Source: Thermosulfurimonas dismutans
GTDB lineage: Bacteria > Desulfobacterota > Thermodesulfobacteria > Thermodesulfobacteriales > Thermodesulfobacteriaceae
Length of the DNA stretch: 32,000 bases
Direction of reading: 5' to 3'
Assembly: GCF_001652585.1 (NCBI RefSeq)
Contig: NZ_LWLG01000015.1
Coordinates: forward strand, 1 to 32,000
Position numbers and translations under genes: made by a program. This document shows positions 23,944 to 32,000 of this stretch, in pieces. A model generated the notes under the pieces. The model saw only the letters and a program-made list of their open reading frames with translations. It had not been told where the DNA came from and did not search any database. Numbering within the stretch: position 1 is the first letter of the stretch; each line of letters begins with the position of its first letter.

Positions 23944-25023
23944 GTGTTCTATCATCTATTATATCCCCTGCACGAGTGGTTCGGACCTTTCAACGTCTTT
24001 CGCTACATTACCTTTCGTGCCCTTTATGCTACCCTTACGGCCGGACTTTTGGTGTTTTTCCTCATGCCGCCGTACATAGCCTATCTCCGCCGCCGACAGT
24101 TCGGTCAGGTCATTCGGGAGGAAGGGCCCAAAGAACACCTCCGCAAGGCCGGTACCCCAACCATGGGAGGGGTGGTCCTCATCGCGGCCATTGTGTTGTC
24201 GGTTCTTCTTTGGGGTAACCTCACTAATCCCTATCTCTGGCTGGCGGTGGGCACCCTCGTGACCTTCGGATTTATAGGTTTCCTTGACGACTATCGTAAA
24301 ATCAGCCGTGGACGGAATCTGGGCCTCAGGGCCCGGGAAAAACTCGCCTTTCAGGCTTTGCTGGCGGTGGGATTATGGTACTGCCTTTTTCAGAAAATAG
24401 GCTTTGATACCACTCTGACCTTCCCCTTTTTCAAAGACCTGCGTCCGGAACTCGGTCTTCTATATCTTCCCTTTATCTATCTGGTGGTGGTAGGGACCTC
24501 GAACGCCATGAACCTTACGGATGGACTGGATGGCCTGGCCATAGTGCCCTTTACGGTGGTCTCGGCCGTCTACGCCGTCTTATCCTACGTGGCCGGACAC
24601 GTAAAATTCGCCCATTACCTTCAGGTACCCTATATCCCGGGAGTGGGAGAGCTTACCGTTTTCTGTGGGGCCATGGTGGGCGCGGGCTTGGGGTTCCTTT
24701 GGTATAACGCTCATCCGGCCGAGATCTTCATGGGAGATGTGGGGTCGCTGGGGCTCGGAGCAGCTTTGGGAGCGGTAGCCGTGATGGTGAAACAGGAGTT
24801 GCTCCTCGTTCTTGCCGGAGGGATTTTCGTGGCGGAGGCCGTATCTGTTATACTTCAGGTGGCTTATTTTAAGCTAACCGGAGGTAAGCGCATCTTTCGT
24901 ATGGCCCCTTTGCATCATCATTTTGAACTCTCGGGCTGGCCGGAAAACAAGGTGGTAGTGCGGTTTTGGATTCTGGCGGTCATTTGTGGAATTTTGGCGC
25001 TTTCCACCCTTAAACTGAGGTAG
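23944..25023 (+). CDS. mraY: Phospho-N-acetylmuramoyl-pentapeptide transferase
   Basis: FNVFRYITFR, KAGTPTMGG, NAMNLTDGLDGLA, MGDVGSLGLG and APLHHHFE are present, and the protein is polytopic. The start is GTG. Confidence 0.93.
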   Translation: MFYHLLYPLHEWFGPFNVFRYITFRALYATLTAGLLVFFLMPPYIAYLRRRQFGQVIREEGPKEHLRKAGTPTMGGVVLIAAIVLSVLLWGNLTNPYLWLAVGTLVTFGFIGFLDDYRKISRGRNLGLRAREKLAFQALLAVGLWYCLFQKIGFDTTLTFPFFKDLRPELGLLYLPFIYLVVVGTSNAMNLTDGLDGLAIVPFTVVSAVYAVLSYVAGHVKFAHYLQVPYIPGVGELTVFCGAMVGAGLGFLWYNAHPAEIFMGDVGSLGLGAALGAVAVMVKQELLLVLAGGIFVAEAVSVILQVAYFKLTGGKRIFRMAPLHHHFELSGWPENKVVVRFWILAVICGILALSTLKLR

Positions 25024-25026
25024 GGT

Positions 25027-26436
25027 ATGATTTCGAATCTGAGAGGACTTCGGACGGTAGTTCTCGGCTTTGGGCGAAGCGGAAAGGCGGCGGCCAGACT
25101 TTTGGCCGTCTTGGGAGCCGAGGTCACGGTCTCGGAGAGAAGAGCTTTTGAAGAGCTTCCTCCGGGCGAAGTTTACGCCCTAACCGAACAGGGAGTCCGT
25201 TTCGAGACCGGAGGCCATCGCCGCGAGACCCTCCTTTCCGCGGATCTTATAGTCGTAAGTCCGGGGATTCCGCCTGAGGTTTATCAAGAGTCCCGGGACA
25301 AGGGTATCCCAGTTATCGGAGAGCTTGAGCTTGCCTACTGTGCCCTCAAACGGAAGGACAACATCGTGGCCGTAACTGGAACTAACGGTAAGACCACCAC
25401 GACGGCGATGGTAAGCGATATTTTAAAACTTTCCGGGTTTAAGGTTTTTACCGGTGGAAACTTTGGGGTTCCCCTTTCGGAATATGTGCTTTCCGGGGAA
25501 CCTGCAGACTGGGTGGTGCTGGAGGTTTCGAGTTTTCAGCTCGAGACCAGCCAAACTTTTAAGCCTCGGGTGGGGGTAATTCTCAATCTCACTCCGGATC
25601 ACCTTGAAAGATACAAAGATCTTACGGCTTATGCTCGGGCGAAGCTTAGACTTTTGGAGAACCTGGGCCCGGACGAAGTGGCCATGCTGCCCCATACAGG
25701 GCTCTCCGGGGCCGGCGGAGAGATACTGTTACACGAGCTTCCCGAGACTCAGGCGGAAATCCTCTTTTTTGGGGATTTTCCTGGGCTTTCGGTGGAAGTC
25801 CGGGATAGAGATTTCGTACTGAGATTATCCGGAGGTGAGGAGATTTATCCCTTTGCGGGCTTCAGACTCCTTGGCCGGCACAATCGTTTCAATTTTGCAG
25901 TGGCCGCCCTTTCGGCCAGACTCTGTGGTGCTACTCCTGAAGCGGTGCGGAAGGCCCTTGTAAGTTTCGTGGGCTTCCCTCACCGGCTGGAATACGTGGG
26001 CTCTTTCGGAGGTGTCTATTTTGTGAATGATTCCAAGGCCACCAATGTGGACGCCACCTTGAAGGCCTTGGAGGGGTTATCGCCTCCTATTGTGCTTATC
26101 GCCGGAGGGCTCCATAAGGGGGCTTCCTATCGAGTTCTTTACGAACTGATTCGGCAAAAGGTACGGGTTCTTATTCTCATGGGGGCCTCCCGTTTCATCA
26201 TGGCGGAGGAGCTTTCTGGGGCCACGGAGACTCTGTTTGCGGAGGGCCTTCCCGAGGCTCTGGCATTGGCCTTGAGGGTTGCCCGCCCAGGGGATACGGT
26301 GCTTTTGTCGCCTGCAGCTGCAAGTTTTGATCAGTTTGAAAGCTATGAAGAACGGGGAGAGGTCTTCCGAGAGCTGGTTATGACTTACGCCCCGAAAGTT
26401 CTTGCTCCTGAGGAAAGGCCGGAGGTCTACCACTGA
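25027..26436 (+). CDS. murD: UDP-N-acetylmuramoylalanine--D-glutamate ligase
   Basis: GFGRSGKAAARLL, VTGTNGKTTTTAM, LEVSSFQLE, NDSKATN and SPAAASFDQFESYEERGEVF are MurD signatures. Confidence 0.92.
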   Translation: MISNLRGLRTVVLGFGRSGKAAARLLAVLGAEVTVSERRAFEELPPGEVYALTEQGVRFETGGHRRETLLSADLIVVSPGIPPEVYQESRDKGIPVIGELELAYCALKRKDNIVAVTGTNGKTTTTAMVSDILKLSGFKVFTGGNFGVPLSEYVLSGEPADWVVLEVSSFQLETSQTFKPRVGVILNLTPDHLERYKDLTAYARAKLRLLENLGPDEVAMLPHTGLSGAGGEILLHELPETQAEILFFGDFPGLSVEVRDRDFVLRLSGGEEIYPFAGFRLLGRHNRFNFAVAALSARLCGATPEAVRKALVSFVGFPHRLEYVGSFGGVYFVNDSKATNVDATLKALEGLSPPIVLIAGGLHKGASYRVLYELIRQKVRVLILMGASRFIMAEELSGATETLFAEGLPEALALALRVARPGDTVLLSPAAASFDQFESYEERGEVFRELVMTYAPKVLAPEERPEVYH

Positions 26437-26437
26437 G

Positions 26438-27502
26438 ATGCGGTGGGTGATAGCAGGAGGTGGAACCGGAGGGCATCTATTCCCGGCCCTAGCCCTTGCG
26501 CATAGGATAAGGGCCCAGGGCGGGGAGGTCTTCTTTATCGGTTGTGGCCGAAGGGTAGAGGCGCTGGTGCTCAAAGAGACCTCTTTTCCGGTAGCCACCA
26601 TAAGCGGAGAGGGGCTTTTGGGACGTTCAGTTACGGCCAAAATTAGAGCAATAATAAAGCTTCTCCGGGGTGTAAGGGAAGCCGCAGATATTATTCGGAA
26701 GTTTTCTGCGGAAGTGGTCTTCGGAACCGGGGGCTACGCTTCCTTTCCAGCCCTTGTGGCTGGAAGGCTCCTCGGCAAGTGGCTTGGGCTTCATGAACAG
26801 AATGCCGTGGCCGGAATGAGCAATAGGTTAGCCGGACACCTGGTGCACCGGGTCTTTGTGAGTTTTCCGGAGGCCGGAAGGTATTTTCCGAGAAAGAAAG
26901 TCATCCATTCCGGCAACCCTATAAGGGAAGACCTTTTTGAGGAAAGGTCCCGGGAGCATATGGGTCGGGGGCTTCTCGTTCTTGGGGGAAGCCAAGGGGC
27001 CCGGTCCATAAATCGGTTGTTGGTCGAGACCGCGGAGAAACTCTTTGAGCGTATTTCGGATCTATACCTTATTCATCAGACCGGGGAAAAGGACGAGGCC
27101 TGGGTAAAGGAGGCCTATCAGAAGAAAGGGCTTCCGGTGAAGGTTTATCCTTTTATTCGGGATATGGCTTGGGCTTACGCACAGGCGGATCTGGTGGTCT
27201 CCCGGGCCGGAGCCACCACCGTGGCCGAACTCTGTGCCTTGGGCAAACCGGCCATCTACATTCCATTCCCCTATGCTACCCATGCCCATCAGGAGAAAAA
27301 CGCCCTTTCAGTGGTAAGGGCCGGAGGCGGCCTGATGATGAAGGAAGGTACTTTTACTCCTGAAGAATTTGTTCGCCAGGTGGTAGAACTTTTGAGCGAT
27401 GTAGAGTCTTTGAGACACAAGGGAGAGGCCGCTAGAAGGCTTTTTAAACCCGGGGCCGCGGAAACTATCATCTCGGAGATGGAGGCTTTAGCGAATGCTT
27501 AA
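26438..27502 (+). CDS. murG: Undecaprenyldiphospho-muramoylpentapeptide beta-N-acetylglucosaminyltransferase
   Basis: MRWVIAGGGTGGHLFPALALA...GGYASFP...VLGGSQGA...SRAGATTVAEL...HQEKNA supports the call. I place the start at ATG 26438, 1 nt after the murD stop; the track ORF extends to 26402. Confidence 0.92.
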   Translation: MRWVIAGGGTGGHLFPALALAHRIRAQGGEVFFIGCGRRVEALVLKETSFPVATISGEGLLGRSVTAKIRAIIKLLRGVREAADIIRKFSAEVVFGTGGYASFPALVAGRLLGKWLGLHEQNAVAGMSNRLAGHLVHRVFVSFPEAGRYFPRKKVIHSGNPIREDLFEERSREHMGRGLLVLGGSQGARSINRLLVETAEKLFERISDLYLIHQTGEKDEAWVKEAYQKKGLPVKVYPFIRDMAWAYAQADLVVSRAGATTVAELCALGKPAIYIPFPYATHAHQEKNALSVVRAGGGLMMKEGTFTPEEFVRQVVELLSDVESLRHKGEAARRLFKPGAAETIISEMEALANA

Positions 27503-28880
27503 AGGCAAACGTTATCACCTGATAGGTATTGGCGGAGTGGGTATGAGTGGGCTGGCGAGGTTGCTCTTGGCCTTAGGAGCCCGGGTTTCAGGGTGTGACC
27601 TTAAAAGGACAGGTACTACCGAAGCCTTAAAAGCCGAAGGTATAGAGGTCTTTTACGGACATGATCCCGGTCATCTCCTCGGGAAGGAAGTGGTAGTCTA
27701 TTCCTCGGCCGTGAAACCGGATCATCCGGAGCTCATAAGGGCCAGGGAGCTCGGTCTTCCAATCCTTCCGCGGGCGGAGATGCTCTCGGAGATCATGGCC
27801 CTTCATCCCAAGAGCATAGCCGTGGCCGGGTCCCATGGTAAGACTACTACGGCCTCCATGATCGCCGAGGTCCTTACTCGGGCCGGGCTTGAACCCACAG
27901 TAGCTATCGGCGGACGGGTGAACAATTTTGGAGTCAATGCCCGTCTGGGACGGGGGCACTACCTGGTGGCCGAGACCGATGAGAGCGATGGTTCCTTTCT
28001 GATCCTGAGGCCCTATCTAGGGGTGGTTACCAATATCGATCGAGAGCATCTGGATTTTTACGCCGATTTCAAGGCCGTGAGGAAGGCCTTCGTCCGTTTC
28101 TGTCGGAGGGTGGATTCGGAGGGCGGCCTGGTGCTTTGTGGAGACGATCCCGGTGTGAGAAGCATCCTTCCGGAGCTCTCCGGTAACCTCATGATTTATG
28201 GTTTCTCCGACGGAGTGGATCTTTCCGGAGAGGTGATCTCTGGGGGGCCTTTTCCAGAAATCAGGGTTACATACAAGGGGAGGCCTTTGGGAAGTTTCCG
28301 GCTTTCCGTTCCTGGGAGACATAACGCCCTCAATGCCTTGGCGGTGGTAGGGGTAGGCCTGAGGCTAGGCCTCTCCCCGGAAATTATCTTTTCCGGGTTG
28401 GCCGCCTTTTCCGGAGTGGGAAGGCGCTTGGAGAAAAAAGGCGAGATCTATGGAGTCGAGGTCTTTGATGATTATGCCCATCATCCCGCAGAAGTCGAGG
28501 TCACCCTCAGGACCTTGCGAGAACTCTTTCCGGAGAGACGGTTGTTGGTGGTCTTTCAGCCCCATCGATATACCCGTACTCGGGCCCTATGGCGCGATTT
28601 TCTGAGGGTTTTGGTTGAACCGGATGTGCTCTTTCTAACCGATATCTATCCGGCCTCCGAACCTCCAATTCCGGGTATATCTGGAGAAAGTTTCTTTCAG
28701 GCGGTACGGAGGATAAGGAAAGATAAGCCTACCCTTTTTTCTCCGGGACTTGAGGAGGCAGTCGCCCAAGTGGAGTTCTTCCTGTCTCCTGGAGATGTTT
28801 TGCTTACTATGGGAGCCGGGGACGTTTACCAGATGGGAGAGGAATTGCTTAGTGGGAAAAGATTGAACAAGGCCGCATGA
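27495..28880 (+). CDS. murC: UDP-N-acetylmuramate--L-alanine ligase
   Basis: HLIGIGGVGMSGLARLL, AGSHGKTTTASM, ETDESDGSF, DDYAHHP and FQPHRYTRT are MurC blocks. Confidence 0.92.
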   Translation: MLKGKRYHLIGIGGVGMSGLARLLLALGARVSGCDLKRTGTTEALKAEGIEVFYGHDPGHLLGKEVVVYSSAVKPDHPELIRARELGLPILPRAEMLSEIMALHPKSIAVAGSHGKTTTASMIAEVLTRAGLEPTVAIGGRVNNFGVNARLGRGHYLVAETDESDGSFLILRPYLGVVTNIDREHLDFYADFKAVRKAFVRFCRRVDSEGGLVLCGDDPGVRSILPELSGNLMIYGFSDGVDLSGEVISGGPFPEIRVTYKGRPLGSFRLSVPGRHNALNALAVVGVGLRLGLSPEIIFSGLAAFSGVGRRLEKKGEIYGVEVFDDYAHHPAEVEVTLRTLRELFPERRLLVVFQPHRYTRTRALWRDFLRVLVEPDVLFLTDIYPASEPPIPGISGESFFQAVRRIRKDKPTLFSPGLEEAVAQVEFFLSPGDVLLTMGAGDVYQMGEELLSGKRLNKAA

Positions 28881-29776
28881 AGAGGCGCAAACTCGTTCAG
28901 AAATTGAAAGAGATGGGACTCACGATTTGGGAAGGGGTGCCCCTGGCCCGCTATACCACCATTCGTACGGGTGGTACGGCGGAGATCATGGTCTTTCCCG
29001 AGAGGGTAGAGGAACTGGTGAAGACATGGCATTTTCTCCGGACCGAGAGCATTCCCTATTTTATACTTTCTGGGGGGAGCAAGGTCCTTTTTCCAGACGA
29101 AGGGTTCTCGGGAGTGGTAGTGAATCTGCGGAGGTTAAAGGGTTTGAAAGAGCTTGCCCCCGGAAGGCTCGAAGCACTTTCTGGCACACCGACTTCAGCT
29201 CTCATAGCTTACGGACTTACTAAGGGCTTTTCAGGAGCAGAATTCCTAGCCGGGATCCCAGCCACGGTGGGCGGAGCTCTTTACATGAACGCCGGGGCCT
29301 TCGGCCGGTGTTTCTCCGAACTGGTAGAGGAGCTGGAGATTTTAACGGAGGAGGGGCTCGTGAGGCTTGCGGCTGGCCCAGAACTATGGCGATACCGAGC
29401 CTTCCAAGGACCTAGGGGGGTCTTTGTGCGGGCGGTAGTAAGACTCAAGCCGGCCTTAAAGGAGGAGGTGAGGTCTCGGGTCAAGGCGGCTCTTTCCCGG
29501 CGTAGGCAGACCCAGCCCTTTGGACCGCCTTCCTTCGGTTGCGTCTTCAAGAATCCGGAGGAAGCTCCGGCCGGTTATTTGATAGAGAAAGCTGGGCTTA
29601 AGGGGTTAGCCCGCGGCGGGGCCGTGATAAGTGAAAAGCACGCCAACTTCATCTTAAACCTGGGCAAAGCCTGTACCAACGACATTCTCTATCTCGTGGA
29701 GGAGGCCTGGGAGAGGGTCTTTAGGACCTTTGGTCTAGAACTTCAGCCGGAGGTGAGAATAGTTGGCCAGGCTTAG
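28877..29776 (+). CDS. murB: UDP-N-acetylenolpyruvoylglucosamine reductase
   Basis: YTTIRTGGTAE, LSGGSKVLF, GIPATVGGALYMNAGAFG, PSFGCVFKNP and KHANFILN are present. The start forms an ATGA overlap with murC. Confidence 0.92.
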   Translation: MKRRKLVQKLKEMGLTIWEGVPLARYTTIRTGGTAEIMVFPERVEELVKTWHFLRTESIPYFILSGGSKVLFPDEGFSGVVVNLRRLKGLKELAPGRLEALSGTPTSALIAYGLTKGFSGAEFLAGIPATVGGALYMNAGAFGRCFSELVEELEILTEEGLVRLAAGPELWRYRAFQGPRGVFVRAVVRLKPALKEEVRSRVKAALSRRRQTQPFGPPSFGCVFKNPEEAPAGYLIEKAGLKGLARGGAVISEKHANFILNLGKACTNDILYLVEEAWERVFRTFGLELQPEVRIVGQA

Positions 29777-30503
29777 AAGAGTCCTTTTCATAGGATTGGC
29801 CGGAATCTTCCTCTTAATAGGACTTGTTTACGGTAGTTCGTTATTTCTCAAAAGGCTTACGCTCTTTTCTTTGAAAAAGGTTAAGATCTCGGGTCTATCT
29901 CATGTAAAAGAAGCTGAAGTAAAGGAGTTGATTTCGGTTTCTATTGGGGAGAACCTCTTTCGAATCGATCTTTCCGATATCAAAAGGCGACTTGAGGCCC
30001 ATCCCTGGATCAAGAAGGTGTATCTCATGAGGAATCTTCCTCACACCCTTGAAATTCGGGTGGAAGAGGAGAGGCCGGTGGCGGTGACGAACCTTTCAGG
30101 AAAGCTTTATTTCTTAAATGAGAGAGGAGAGGCCTTTTCTCCGGCTTCAGAGAAGGATTTGCTTTCTTATCCTATCGTTTCTTTTAAAGATAAGAACCTT
30201 CTCAAAGAGGAGACCGATTTTCTAAGACTTCTGGCCTGGGTCAGAGACAAGAACTTCTATCTTCCCTGTTACGAAAACATTTCGCAGGTTTATCTTGCGC
30301 GGGATCGCATCCTTCTCATCACCAAGGCTGGTCTAAAAGTGCGTTTTGAACCCGAACCCTTTGAGGAGCTTAAAAAAGCCTATCGAAGGCTCGACAAGAT
30401 TATGACCTATCTCTATCAAAATCGGCTCTATGCCCGGGCCGAAAGCGTACGTTTAGACTATCCCGGGGACAAGGCGCTTTTAGTTTATCGGAGGGAGAAA
30501 TAG
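29763..30503 (+). CDS. ftsQ: Cell division protein FtsQ (POTRA domain)
   Basis: There is an N-terminal TM helix, then a POTRA-like LKKVKISGLSHVKEAEVKELI...NLFRIDLSDIKRRLEAHPWIKKVYLMRNLPHTLEIRVEE. The gene sits immediately upstream of ftsA. The start is a TTG at 29763. Confidence 0.85.
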   Translation: MARLRRVLFIGLAGIFLLIGLVYGSSLFLKRLTLFSLKKVKISGLSHVKEAEVKELISVSIGENLFRIDLSDIKRRLEAHPWIKKVYLMRNLPHTLEIRVEEERPVAVTNLSGKLYFLNERGEAFSPASEKDLLSYPIVSFKDKNLLKEETDFLRLLAWVRDKNFYLPCYENISQVYLARDRILLITKAGLKVRFEPEPFEELKKAYRRLDKIMTYLYQNRLYARAESVRLDYPGDKALLVYRREK

Positions 30504-30505
30504 AG

Positions 30506-31720
30506 ATGGCGGGTAGGAGTTTGCTGGCGGCTATAGATGTGGGGACCAGTAAGATCTGTTGTCTCATAGCAGAGAAAAAAGGGGAAGAACTGTCGGCCTT
30601 GGGCTTGGGGATGGTTCCGGCTCAAGGACTGCGCAAAGGGGTGGTGATTAACATTGAGGAGGCTGCCCGGGCCATTGCAGAGGCTAAACGAGAGGCCGAG
30701 GTCCAGGCTTACGAAGACGTTCAACAGGTGATCACCGGTATTGCGGGCTCTCATATCGAGAGCCTGACCAGCCACGGGGTGATCGCTTTGAAGGAGGGGG
30801 AAGTCAAATCCGAAGATGTGGACAGGGTCCTTGAGGCCGCAAAGGCCATCAATCTATCTCAGGACCGGGTGATCTTGCACGTCCTTCCTCAGGAGTTCAG
30901 TATCGACAACCAGACCGGGATCTTACAGCCCATAGGGATGAGCGGAGTGAGGCTTGAGGTTAAGGCCCATCTCATTACAGCCTCGGCTTCTGCGGTCCAA
31001 AACCAGGTCAAGTGTCTTTCCATGGCTGGAGTCGAGGTTCAGGCCGTGGTACTGCAGGCCCTGGCCTCTTCCGAAGCCGTGCTGTCACCGGAAGAGAAGG
31101 AACTAGGGGTGGCCCTCATAGACTTCGGGGGTGGAACTACGGATGTGGCCGTTTTCTTAGAGGGCTCCCTCCGTTATACGGCTTCGGTACCTGTGGGGGG
31201 GGACCTCCTTACCAGCGACCTTACCGTAGGGCTTAGGACTCCTCGTTCGGCGGCTGAGAAGCTCAAAGAGGAATACGGCGTCTGTTTGCCCGAGCTCGTG
31301 TCCCAAGACGAGATCCTGGAGGTGCCTTCCCTGGGACAGAAACCACCAAGAAAGCTTTCTCGCAGGTTGCTAGCGGAAATCCTCGAGCCCAGGGTCCAGG
31401 AACTCCTAGAGATTATAAACACCAATCTGGAGGTAAGCGGGCTCAAAAAGCGTCTGAGCTCCGGGGTAGTCATAACCGGAGGCTCGGCCTTACTCAAAGG
31501 TCTTCCAGAGTTTGCGGAACAGATTTTTGATCTTCCCGTGCGGATAGGTTATCCGGTAAAGCTCTCCGGACTTAGCGAAGAGGTTAATCATCCCCGTCTT
31601 TCCACCGCGGTAGGACTGCTGCTCTACGCCGCTCGGTACCTGGATCTAGCTGAAGATAAAACCTCATCAGAAGAAGGATTCCTTGAAAAATTTAAGAAAA
31701 TTTTAGGTATAGGGGGGTAG
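30506..31720 (+). CDS. ftsA: Cell division protein FtsA
   Basis: [44 protein letters not shown] and [12 protein letters not shown] are actin-fold FtsA motifs. Confidence 0.93.
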   Translation: MAGRSLLAAIDVGTSKICCLIAEKKGEELSALGLGMVPAQGLRKGVVINIEEAARAIAEAKREAEVQAYEDVQQVITGIAGSHIESLTSHGVIALKEGEVKSEDVDRVLEAAKAINLSQDRVILHVLPQEFSIDNQTGILQPIGMSGVRLEVKAHLITASASAVQNQVKCLSMAGVEVQAVVLQALASSEAVLSPEEKELGVALIDFGGGTTDVAVFLEGSLRYTASVPVGGDLLTSDLTVGLRTPRSAAEKLKEEYGVCLPELVSQDEILEVPSLGQKPPRKLSRRLLAEILEPRVQELLEIINTNLEVSGLKKRLSSGVVITGGSALLKGLPEFAEQIFDLPVRIGYPVKLSGLSEEVNHPRLSTAVGLLLYAARYLDLAEDKTSSEEGFLEKFKKILGIGG

Positions 31721-31723
31721 CTA

Positions 31724-32000
31724 TGGCTTTTGAATTCGTAGAATCCAACTATCAAGCCAAGATCAAGGTAGTAGGTGTTGGCGGTGCGGGGGGAAACGCG
31801 GTTCGCAATATGATTCAGAAAGGGTTGAAAGGCGTGGAATTTATAGCTGCCAACACGGATTACCGGGTATTGGATCCCAATCCTGCACCGGAAAAGATCC
31901 AGCTGGGCAGAAATTTAACTAAGGGCCTAGGAGCCGGAGGAAATCCCGAAATCGGACGAGAGGCCGCTCTTGAGGCCGAGGATGAGATTAGAGAGGCCCT
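31724..32000 (+). CDS. ftsZ: Cell division GTPase FtsZ (3' end cut by window edge)
   Basis: My translation is [51 protein letters not shown]...[18 protein letters not shown]. It contains the GGGTG-like GVGGAGGNA motif and the tubulin signature GAGGNPEIG. Confidence 0.93.

Noticed and set aside
1-32000. I looked across the window for CRISPR-like regularly spaced repeats, rRNA, IS elements or transposases, integrases and phage genes.
   Set aside because: I found none by eye. The only intergenic stretches longer than 60 nt are 272-473, 9302-9386, 9482-9590, 12228-12292, 17019-17081 and 18060-18246, and none contains tandem spaced repeats apart from the MraZ boxes.

Overview
All calls come from reading the sequence and the ORF track and from remembered family motifs; no database search was run. 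The window is very compact (roughly 95% coding) and looks like core chromosome of a probably thermophilic bacterium: proteins are rich in E/K/R, a GH57 enzyme is present, and stop/start overlaps are pervasive. From left to right it contains the following.

- **1-561:** the end of a RelB/DinJ antitoxin, a frameshifted and truncated YafQ/RelE-like toxin remnant, and a tRNA-Leu(UAA) with atypical features.
- **579-9301:** a stand-alone CBM48 glycogen-binding protein, convergent with a five-gene minus-strand alpha-glucan operon (glgP, GH57, glgA, glgB, malQ). A tRNA-Ser(GGA) lies just upstream of the operon.
- **9591-10153:** an RHH-antitoxin/MazF toxin pair.
- **10122-17018:** three tightly overlapped operons with no assigned pathway. 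These are GGCT / unknown 335 aa / DUF72; FmdB zinc ribbon / radical SAM / HAD / YkgJ; and TPR / zinc-ribbon-HEAT-like / TPR.
- **17082-32000:** mltG, then a dcw cluster (mraZ, rsmH, ftsL, ftsI-like, murE, murF, mraY, murD, murG, murC, murB, ftsQ, ftsA, and the 5' end of ftsZ). The cluster has phased MraZ-box repeats in its promoter.

The observations most worth follow-up are:

1. The FmdB / radical-SAM / HAD / YkgJ operon, a possible uncharacterised peptide- or cofactor-modification system.
2. The gene at the ftsI position, which encodes a 392-aa protein keeping the TM, N-terminal and PASTA-like parts but lacking the SxxK/SxN/KTG transpeptidase motifs.
3. The absence of ftsW between murD and murG, and of ddl between murB and ftsQ.

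I saw no CRISPR array, rRNA, transposase or integrase.
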